Below are positions 52,600 through 61,978 of a DNA stretch of 64,000 nucleotides, piece after piece. How positions within the stretch are numbered: the stretch's first letter is position 1; the number at the start of each line of letters is the position of its first letter. Both the position numbers and the translations under genes were made by a program. Below the pieces are notes generated by a model, which ran no database searches, was not told where the DNA came from, and saw only the letters and a program-made list of their open reading frames with translations. The stretch comes from Moniliella sp. 'wahieum' (taxonomy: Eukaryota), in contig RSEE01000001.1 of NCBI GenBank assembly GCA_003971905.1, forward strand, positions 806,001 through 870,000, in the 5' to 3' direction.

Positions 52600-54170
52600 C
52601 CCCCTCTATATACCACTCCTTTCGTAACTCCTATTCTAAATAAGTAAACAATCAGGGGCGAAGACGCTCCGCTCCCACCGTACCACCGACGCGAGGGAGA
52701 CCTTGTCGCCGGCGCCATCCCACCTTCCCTTGCCTCTACCCCTTGACGACAGGCAAAATGCGTGCCCAGCTGCGGGTATAGCATCGCGTGATGGAGGGGA
52801 GCCTATCGTGCGGACGTTTGAAAGTGCATGACAGCACCGGGTGGGGAGAATGACAGGAACTGTGGGCGAGTTCAACCACGTCCCCATGCTCGACATTACG
52901 AACGCTTTCAACGCTGTGCTTCGTCGCTCCGTCGCACATTCGCCAACACATTCTACAGTGACGCCCTCCATCTTCTTTCTTTGGGGCCATGGATCTATGA
53001 CCCCCCCCCCCGCCCAACATTTGGTTGCGTCGAGCAGGAATGAGACGGGTACCTTGTTGGCAAAAGGCCTCCGGCTCATTTTGGAGAAGTTGCAACAGAA
53101 CTGGGCCGGGACACCTCATGATGGCGTACCGAACAAGCGAGACAGGCATTATCGCCCGAGTTGCGGAGATTTTGGAAGAAGACGTCAGGCCTCGGACCCA
53201 ACCTGCGCAAGTGTGTGGAACAGGACCAGGGTCAGATGCCAGAGGATGGAGCCGCGGTCTTGTTGGCACTTGGGTGGAAGGGGAGGATTACAGCGGCACC
53301 TCTTACTGTGGCGATACAGTACTCGGACCAAGCTGCGCCATCTGTTCCGCATCAGGCAGATGGAGGACAAGCTGGATGACGTGCTGGCCGAGATTGACGT
53401 ATTCATCTGCAAGAACTTCAAACTGATTTGAGGCCATGAAATTCCCCCCGTGATACGAAGAACGATCCTTTGACATGCTCATTAGCTTGCCTTTCCAAAT
53501 GGGACGATGTGGCAATCCATGTCACTCGCATATTGCGCCCCACCCACGCGCTGCGGCCAACGAGGTCAACAACATGTCAATTACCCTTTTTGTTGCCCCC
53601 TTGGACGCACGCACAACGAAAGCATTACGATGCAGCGCAAGCGCTGTTGTCTGGGGACATGAAAGAAGAGCCGGCAGGAACGGTTAAAGAAGCTCGACGA
53701 CCCGACGGTCGCAATGCGGTCGAGCACCCCAATGCGCTCACTACATTTGGCTTTTCTCAAGCTTTCCTCAATCCCATCATGCGCGTGTCTTCGGCTCACG
53801 ATAAGCAGATTCGCATATTGGTCTCCAGCTACACAACTTGTGGCGTTGAACGCGCAGCATATGTGTAAGTGTGGTATATATGTCCTTGCTTGAACACATC
53901 ATGTGACGCGCGCGCACCCAGTCCAGGTGAAATGCTCAAGAAGACAGTGCGGGACCCCATTCTCCAGTAGCAGCTCTTGTGCTCCATACTCAACACGCAC
54001 CTCCACAATGAGCCGACTGATGTGGAGGAAGAGGATAGGACGAGTGGAGTGGAGGAAGGCGATGTCTACCGACTATCGCGGAGTGACGGGGCCTGGAACA
54101 GTCGGAGACTCAGGAATGGAGGTGGACCACACCTTGCGTCGGGACTCGGGAACACGGAACGGCGATGATC
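52600..54170 (+). mobile_element. Degenerate CRE-clade (Cnl1-like) non-LTR retrotransposon relic
   Basis: Collinear relic motifs: GIASRDGGEPIV (cf. QFGVGxxGGxEPIV), LDITNAFNAVLR (RT), LRLILEKLQ..LMMAY, LLLWRYS..KLRHLFR, LISLPFQMGRCG (cf. LISLPxRLGGLG), and MCKCG...LEHIM* as a remnant of the zinc knuckle. Stops, frameshifts and a lost YxDD motif. Confidence 0.6.
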
Positions 54171-55266
54171 GATGACTAGTGACTAGATGACTGTGCATGC
54201 TGGAGGTTGCACACGAGAGCATCGCAAAACGTCTTTGCAACGAAGGAAGAAAGTCTCTTCTGCCGTTGAAACAAGCAGAATGAGACAAAAGCCCCAAGTA
54301 CCAAGGGCAATGAGCTCTCTTTTTGTTTCCCTTTGGTTATGTCGGTTATCATATAACGCATGGATACTATGCCACCGAGACGGCGAATAACTTTTGTGGG
54401 CACACCGTCGATGACGGAAAGAGTAACTGATGAGCCTATCATTTTGGAGATGATTCTCAGCGTTCTGGACGTTCTGTATTACGTTCACCGCTCTCGGATG
54501 TCTCTCACGCCCTTCATATCCACACGCGCTCCCTCGGGTTTGGGTCCGGTGGCTGGCGCCAGAGGGTCCGGATCGACTGATCTGCTGGCGGTTTTCCTGT
54601 GGTTTCCACACGGGTTTAACGTTTAGCGCCAACAAGTAATATACACCGGATGAGAAGGTGGGTTTATAAGTCTTTCTTTGTCCCATGTCCCACAGCTTGA
54701 AATAACACTGTAAATTGTAACAGATGAATCATGATATATGATAAGACTGAGGTAGTTACATATAAGGCTAAGGGCGCTAAGGGTCGATTATCCATGGATC
54801 TTATCGATTGTCGGCCCGATTACCTCTTCGATTACCGGTTTTATTTTTATTGAAGTGCTTTAGTACTTCAGTACCTTCTGTACTCGATTACTCGTCGATA
54901 CTCAGCTACCCAGTCTTCCTCCGTAACCGGTAACTTGCGTTGAGTACGTTGAGCTGGTCCGCGGAAGAATGCTCAAGCGTTCGCCAGATACTCTCGTCGT
55001 TTCTGCGGAATCGTGGGCTGGCCATCATGCATCATGCATCACAGCACTCATTGAATATTGTGAGCTTAGAGCGCGCTCGCCTGAGCGGCCAGGGTACGGA
55101 GAGTGCGACCTGGTGTGGCTTATTAAAGTTCAATATTCAACTGAGTGAGCGCTCAGCCAGCCAGTTGCTTGATGCTGGAAGCTTGGCTGGCCCAACGCCT
55201 CAACTGGATACTGGATCGTCTAACGGCCGCAGCTCTGCCCAATAGCGACTATTGCTCCAATGTCAA

Positions 55267-55880
55267 TGTCAGCGCCATCATGCATGCAGCTGATCACGCA
55301 TCACGCATCGCGCTGTTCTATCCGACTCTCTCTATGTTCTGCCCCTAACGGGCTCCTCTCTTGGAATAGATCCATCACCTCCCTCTGTCTTCTTTTTTTC
55401 CGTAGGCCTTTGTCCTCGCATTTAACAGGTTGAGCCCACACTATCCTCTGAGTAGGCGGAGACTACACTCTCTCGTCTGCCCGCCTGAGCCCTACTTATA
55501 TTTTTTTCCCACCTACCCCCACCCCACACGGCTGAATGCCTGGTCTCCGTTCCGGAGCCGATACTGCTTTTCCACCCCTTTCCAAGAAGAAGCGTAACCC
55601 GCGCGCCGAAAGCATGTCTGCCGACGCCATTCTCCCTGTCGAAGCTACCCATGAGGAGCCCGCAGTTTCCATTCCTCTTCCAATCTCGTCGGATCCTAGC
55701 GTCGAGTCGTGGTGGGGCTGTCAGCGCCATCATGCATGCAGCTGATCACGCATCACGCATCGCGCTGTTCTATCCGACTCTCCTCTATGTTCTGCCCCTA
55801 ACGGGCTCCTCTCTTGGAATAGATCCATCACCTCCCTCTGTCTTCTTTTTTTCCGTAGGCCTTTGTCCTCGCATTTAACA
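55267..55880 (+). mobile_element. TRIM (terminal-repeat retrotransposon in miniature), non-autonomous, copia-type
   Basis: LTRs 55267-55427 and 55719-55880 (TG...CA, identical except a 1-nt indel); 5-bp TSD GTCAA (55262-55266 and 55881-55885); PBS-like GGTTGAGCCC; PPT-like GGTGGGGC; 291-bp internal region. Confidence 0.92.
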
Positions 55881-56157
55881 GTCAATCAAATCTGTTCACT
55901 CGGCGAGCGCTCAGGCGCTCAGGGCGCGCTCAGCCGATCAGATCGATCAATGCGAAATACATTCAAGGTACATATGTTGAACGTTGAACGTACCTGCTGA
56001 ACCCGTCGTAGTGAAAGCGGCTGTCTAGCTCATCAGGCTTTCATTGATTTCATTAGCGCCACGCCACTACATTGTCACGTATCACGCATCATGTACACAC
56101 GTCACGCCTCGTGTCTGACTCCCTGGTCGGAAGCGTTTGATATTTGCGGCAACTAGT

Positions 56158-56313
56158 TGTCGGCCTCGCTACTACCACAGAATGTGAGCACTGAACGTCG
56201 TATTGGACTAAGAAGCTTCTGCGACTGACTCGTCCAGAAGACTGGTGCGAGGAAGGAATGAAAGCTGACTCACGTGACTCAGGGTCCGCGCGGTCCTAGG
56301 ACGGATGTCAACA
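56158..56313 (-). repeat. 3' LTR of the copia element
   Basis: Direct repeat of 61034-61190, differing only in one short block. Confidence 0.95.
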
Positions 56314-59300
56314 CCCCCGCTGACCGGAGGGCCCAGTCATGTGGACTGGATCCATCTCCTCGACGCGGAGTTGAGCAAGATGGCTTGTCAGGGCGGGACG
56401 GCCGAGAGGCTTGGTGAGGACGTCCGCTGGGTTCCTTTCGCCGGGGATGTGTACAAGTATGGCCTCGCCCGAGTCCACGTGTTGCCGTACATTGTGGTAC
56501 CGGATCTTCAGCTCTCGGAGCTTGCCGGTGCTGCCAAATTTGTGGGCGAGATCGACGACAGACTTATTGTCGCAATACCAATGAATGGGTGTACCCTCGC
56601 CGATGGCCCCAAGCTCGATCATGATGTTCTTGACATAGTTGGCGTCAACCAGTCCATCATATCCTGCCGTATATTCGGCGGCGGCGGTACTGGTAACGCT
56701 CTTCGGCTGAAGAATGGATCGCCACGACACCGGCACACCGTACACCATCAGTAGGCATCCAGATGTGGAGCGTGCCTGGATGGGATCTCCCGCCAAGTCG
56801 GAATCTGTAACAGCGCAATGGCCGGTGCATCTGATGTTGGGGTCAACCTCAGGCCCTTTCCTCGAGTATGGTACAGGTAGCGAAGGAAGTCATCGACTGC
56901 TTGATGATGCTGCTGCGATGGGTCGGCAGCGGCTCTGCTGAGGGCCGTGATAGCGAAGAGGGAGTCAGGCCGGCCCATTCGTGCAGCCCACAGTCCCGAT
57001 CCGATCTTCCCCTGATATGCCTTGCGCAAGGCTGGGAGGGATGGGGGTTCAGGGTCGGCACGGGGCGGTATCATCCGTACGGGATGTGGGAGAGTCCGGA
57101 TCCACGGGGCTTTGATGTGGTGCTTTGCCACCACTTCTCGATGAACTTTGGTTGGCTCAGGTACAGCTCCCCACCGATCCGATCGTATTGGCATCCCAGG
57201 TGGTAGTGAAGGGGACCGTTACCACGAACATCAATGTGTGTGTTTATCTCGGCCAAACTCCTCGTACTTTTGGTGTGACTTGCATGCGAGGAGCAGATCG
57301 TCGGTGTGGACCGCCAGGAGGATCTGCTCACCCGGTGGTGCAGCGCGCACGAACAAGCAGGGCTCGGTCAAGCTTTGCGTGAAGCCGGCTTGTCACGCAG
57401 CAGGTTCCGGATGTATCGTGCCCAGTTTGCTCCGCTCTGATGTAGCCCGTATAGACTCTTCTTGAGACGCCACACGCGACCACCCGCTTCGGGGAAGTAG
57501 GGGGGTGGGCGGATGTAGACTGCTTCTTCGAGGGGGGCGTTCAGGTACGCTGCATTGACGTCCGCCGAGAAGAGGCCAAACTTATACTTCTCGGCCAGCA
57601 CGACGAGGGTCAGGATGGCAGGTGTGCGCACCGATGGTGCGAACGTCTGGCCCCAAGTCTCGGCCGATTGTTGGTGTCCGCCCGCGACAAAGCGCGCGCG
57701 GTGGCGCAGGAACCGGCCCTCGGCGTCCGTCTTTGTGGTGATGCGACATAGTCCATGAGGATTTGTGCACCCGTGGGGGTAGTAGCCTCGTAGGTGCCGT
57801 ATCGCGCGAGTGTGGCCACCGTCGGATAGCCTGCTTGACCAGGCAAAGGAGGGTGAGTCTCGAGACCCTTGAGCGTCTTGGGAGCGAGGGGTACGCCATC
57901 CTTGGTGAGCTGAACCGTGGGTGGATGGGTGCGCTGAGAGCAGTCCATGGCGGCGATTCGGGAGGTTGAACTGTGTCGGCAAACGGGGGGCGGATGTGTC
58001 AGGTAGGGGGCGGGCGATGCCGATCTCTGGTGCGGCGCAGTGGGGCGTGGCGGCTGCAGCACGAGCATGGTAGGTCGTGTCGGTGGGGTCGTCAGCGATT
58101 GGGAGTGTGTGCAGGTCGAGGGAGGTGCGGGTGGTGCGCTGGCGGAGGGGGTAGCGGCGCGGAGGGGGGGTGGTGGTGGGAGCGGGTGTCTGGGGTGTGG
58201 CGGCGGTTCGGGGCATGGGTGCTGCCGCGGCTGGCGGAGTAGGGTTAGCGTCTTTTTCACTGTCGATTTTAATTTGAGGTGATTTGGAGATGTCGGGTGG
58301 GAAGTGGTCGGGGTGGAGATGGGGGTAGATGGCGTTGCCCCATTTGTACGGTTTCGACCAGCGGTAGGTGAAGGTACCCAGGGATGGTTGGTATGTGGCG
58401 AAGAGCCATCCCTTTGATCCGCGCTGATGGTGGTATCCTACCAGCATACCTTCCTCTGCCCGCGCGCTGAGCTTGTGCTCGCGGCGTGACTCGGGCAGAT
58501 GGAGGTATGCAACGCGGCCAAAGGGTTGCATCGGTAACGAGTATGCGTGGCCTTTGTATCGCTCAAATCGCGATTTGTTGTCTTCCCCGGATGTTTTGAG
58601 TGGCATTTGGTTTTGGGTGAAGCACGCAGCGTGGAGGCTGTGTTCCCACCAGTCCGACGTCGGAAGACCTGTACCCAAGAGCAACTGCCTTGCACGAGTC
58701 GTTATGGTTCGGATGGCACGCTCAGCCACACCGTTGCTAGCACTCTGCCCCGGGATTGTCCGTTCTGACGTGATGCCTTGCTCGTCCAGAAAAGGTTGCA
58801 GTGCGCTTGTCAATTCGGGGGCGTTGTCCGTGCGCAAAGTCCGCAGCAGTCTGTCCGGGCCGTAGCGTTGCTCCCGCAATATGAGGTTCCGCAGTTCCTT
58901 CGTTGCAGCGCCCTTTGTCGGGATCGCTGTGGTGAAGACGTACCGCGTGAAGTCATCAACGGCGACGAGGGCGTATCCGTGCCCCATGCCGGTTACCCGG
59001 GGGAGGTCTACTACGTCGACGTGGAGGACCTCGAAAGGTCTTTTGGATCGGAGGCGGTCCCGGCTCGGATGGGGCGATGCTGTCGCTAGTGCCACCGCGC
59101 ATGTTGGGCAATCCCACTCTGAACGACAGAGGGAGATATGCTTGGCTGTGACGCGGAGGCCTGCGGTTTCCGATCGTGTAAGCCAGGGGAGGAGGTCGAT
59201 GGCTGCGTGGTTCCAGCGTTTGTGGGCTTTAGAGACGTGGTCCAGGGCCAGGGATGCTGCGAGGGAGTTTGGGGTTGAGGGTGGGTCGGCCGGTTTGATC

Positions 59301-59731
59301 GGTTTGGTCGCCATGGCCCGCAGGGGTGTGGGTGGCGTTCGCGGGTTGTGTAAGATCGTGAATTGATAGTCACTGCCGGTTACTTTTCGTAGGGTGGATC
59401 CTGGGTTACCAAGCCAGATACCCTTCTGGTGTGGGGCGAAGTATGATGCGATTCCGGTGTTCGACAGGTGTGCTACACTGACGAGATTTCGGCTGAAACG
59501 GGGCATGTATAGGCTGTTGGGGAGTTTTATCTCCATTTGGTGTCCTCCTAAGCATCGGATACGGATTGTGGCCGTGCCTCGTCCTTCCGCCTTTACATGT
59601 GTCCCGTTAGCAACCTCTATCTCGTCGTCGCAAGGGGTCATGGATGTGAAGACGGATTTGTCTTTCCAAATGGATGGGAATGCCCCACTGTCATATAATG
59701 CCCGGATGATTCGCATTTCGCCCCCGAGTTC
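56308..59731 (-). CDS. Copia Pol (protease, integrase, reverse transcriptase, RNase H); frameshifted in RT/RH in this assembly
   Basis: PR LYDSGA; IN HHCC (AHKRWNH...CPTC), LHVDVV, VDDFTRY, RTDNAPE, NGVAERAIR; RT ARFVAGG, ADVNAAYLNA, LKKSLYGLHQSG, VHTDD; RH TDSDLAG, STAAAEY, CDNKS, NPADVLTKPL. Confidence 0.93.
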
Positions 59732-60979
59732 CTAGTAGTCAGCTGTGCCCGCATCAACGTCAATCACTTCAGACTCGGGAGAGCTCGCTCTCTGAGCGAC
59801 GTGAGCGTTGGCTCGGCCTGGGTTGCGCGGAGGGACAACAGGTTTATTAGACGTCGCGCTGCGCCAGGGTTGGTTGGTGCGGTCTTGCCCCTTGGTCTTT
59901 GTGTCCGCGAGGTTGTCGTCGCCGGCTTTGCCCCCGCTGGAGTTTTTTCCCCCGCTGGTGGGTCGTCCCCCGCTGTCGGGTCGAGTCCAAGGCGTTCCTC
60001 CGTTGACCGGCTTGCCTCCGTTTCTCTTCCTTTCTCCACCGGGATACGTGGCGGCTGGTATGTCCATCACGGCCTGCCGTAACTTGTCTAGACTCGAGCG
60101 CTCTTCACGCTGGCGAATGCTCATGTCGCGTAAGCCGAGTAGGATCCCAGTGCGTTCCTGCTCTTCCGTAAGTGGGATGCCCGCTCGCGTCAGGCTTGCA
60201 CTGATCTCTTCCATGTAGTCGAGGTAGTCTCGACCCGATCGGTTTCCTTGGTCGGCCGAAAAGTAGCGAATGAGTAGAGGCCCTCTGTTTGCGGTAGGCG
60301 TATATCCATACCGCTGACGCAGCATGTTCAGCGTGTCCTGGGTGCATGATATTTCGTGGTGGGTGCGGATCGTCCGGAAGAGGGTTGACGGCATGGCTTC
60401 CCTAAGAAGGTTGTGCAAGCGTCTGTCGAGGTCCTCGGTGAAGTAGCGGGAGCTGCGACCATTCTGGACGACGTCGCTTGCGTGGGGGTGGGCATCTGTT
60501 ATCGCGAAGAGAAATTCGTCTTCCCAAGCGCTGTAGGCGGACGGGTCTTTGTTCAGATCAGGCCACTTGATATTCTTGGTGGGAGACTCGCGTAGTGATC
60601 TGTAAAGGTCGTACTCGGGTCGCGAGGCTGCGCCTGTAGGTGCCCCCAAAGTTGCGTTGGGTTGAGTTTCCATTTGGTGGATGTTTTGCACCACAAAATT
60701 CGTAGCCCGTCGAACCCAGTTTGTCGTGATAGACGTAGGTTCGTCCTTCCATCCAAGCCACTCGGCTCTGTCGTGTATAGCTCTGTTGATCTTCTCTTTA
60801 ACGACATCGATGTCGTTCGTCTTCTTGAACCACAGGTGCGCTTCGGCGCAAAGCATCATGAGTTCCTCGTTGTCGGTGCCAATCGGTGGCGGATCGCGAC
60901 CGGTTGGTGTCCAGTAATCGCGCTTGTTCACCATTGTGGTGTCGCTGACCGAGAGATCGGTGTTAGCGTTGGCGCCCAT
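59732..60979 (-). CDS. Copia Gag (no CCHC zinc knuckle)
   Basis: Uninterrupted ORF from ATG 60979 (MGANANTD...) with YSAWEDEF, LRQRYG, DYLDYMEEI...ILLGL and a basic/Gly-rich C-terminus, ending in TAG in frame with pol. Confidence 0.88.
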   Translation of the reverse strand: MGANANTDLSVSDTTMVNKRDYWTPTGRDPPPIGTDNEELMMLCAEAHLWFKKTNDIDVVKEKINRAIHDRAEWLGWKDEPTSITTNWVRRATNFVVQNIHQMETQPNATLGAPTGAASRPEYDLYRSLRESPTKNIKWPDLNKDPSAYSAWEDEFLFAITDAHPHASDVVQNGRSSRYFTEDLDRRLHNLLREAMPSTLFRTIRTHHEISCTQDTLNMLRQRYGYTPTANRGPLLIRYFSADQGNRSGRDYLDYMEEISASLTRAGIPLTEEQERTGILLGLRDMSIRQREERSSLDKLRQAVMDIPAATYPGGERKRNGGKPVNGGTPWTRPDSGGRPTSGGKNSSGGKAGDDNLADTKTKGQDRTNQPWRSATSNKPVVPPRNPGRANAHVAQRASSPESEVIDVDAGTADY

Positions 60980-61033
60980 GGTTGTGGGTGTAGTTTTGGC
61001 CAGCTCAGGGATGAGCAGATAAGGATGTAACTC

Positions 61034-61190
61034 TGTCGGCCTCGCTACTACCACAGAATGTGAGCACTGAACGTCGTATTGGACTAAGAAGCTTCTGCGA
61101 CTGACTCGTCCAGAAGACTGGTGCGAGCTCGGAAGAAAAAGCTGACTCACGTGACTCAGGGTCCGCGCGGTCCTAGGACGGATGTCAACA
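61034..61190 (-). repeat. 5' LTR of the copia element
   Basis: Direct repeat of 56158-56313; contains TGACTCA twice. Confidence 0.95.
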
Positions 61191-61978
61191 CTAGTAACTA
61201 GTAACTCATTGATCGGTTCGTGCGCCACCTATTTTGTTGCAGAAGGGGCGATGTGCGTGACAGGGGTGGCCGGTGGCGGGTGGCACATGTCTGTGATCCG
61301 TGTGATTCGCTCTTCGGGTTGTCGCCTCACATGGTCGTCTGTTGCGAAGTCGAAGGTCCGACACGTGGTCTGACAGGGTCTGCCCTGGTCTGCCCGTTGC
61401 CGCCTTGGAGCTTGGCTAGGCTTGGGACACGTGAATATTGAATTGAAAGACGGCTGGAAGCCTGCGCTATCTTCAAGCTTCAAGCTTCAAGTTTCAGGCC
61501 CCTCAGGAGCTTCAGGCCTCAGGCTGAGGCCCTCAGGGAAGCTCGGGAAGGCCTAAGGTGGACGAAGGCTGAGCGCTGGCTGACTCGTCAGGCTGACTGC
61601 GCTGACGCGCTAACACAGGCTGGACCCTCAGCTGATGATCGATGAGGCCTGCGGCCTGCTGATGCGCTGATGTATGATGCATGATGCATGATGCAGCTAT
61701 CTGCAACGCCACATCTGTGGCCTTCGGGACAAAATAAAGCTCAAGTAAGTACTAAGTTAGGCCTTTGGCCTTCCGCCTCGCGCTTTGCGCCTTGTGGTTT
61801 TTGCGTCAATCTGCATGGCCCAGGAGGATTCTCGGCCTCCATCGAAACCGGCACGCGCCTCAACTGCAGTGGCTTTTTTCTGCTTCGTCGCCTCCAGCCA
61901 GTTGTGATTACAGTCGTCTTGACAGGTGTCCACATCAGCCGGGCGCAGGATCTACTCTTTCTGTCACCACCATCCGTC

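Larger units (their letters stand above)
56158..61190 (-). mobile_element. Full-length Ty1/copia LTR retrotransposon
   Basis: LTRs 56158-56313 and 61034-61190 (TG...CA), TSD CTAGT (56153-56157 and 61191-61195), PPT GCGGGGG, domain order gag-PR-IN-RT-RH. Confidence 0.97.

Noticed and set aside
54183..54700. Short ORFs in lower-GC sequence after the LINE relic
   Set aside because: No motif I can recognise; possibly decayed mobile DNA, but unsupported.
56247..56264. Block difference between the two copia LTRs (GGAAGGAATGAAAG vs GCTCGGAAGAAAAAG) as an age signal
   Set aside because: Clustered in a purine/homopolymer run in an error-prone assembly; it cannot be separated from consensus error.
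55267..61190. Direct repeats as CRISPR-like or prokaryotic defence arrays
   Set aside because: Eukaryotic context; the repeats are paired LTRs with TSDs, with no repeat-spacer periodicity and no cas-like ORFs.
60980..61228. ORF track extends Gag through the whole 5' LTR into host DNA
   Set aside because: The extension starts at GTG outside the element. The true Gag start is most likely the ATG at 60979, and an open frame over 250 GC-rich bases is expected by chance.
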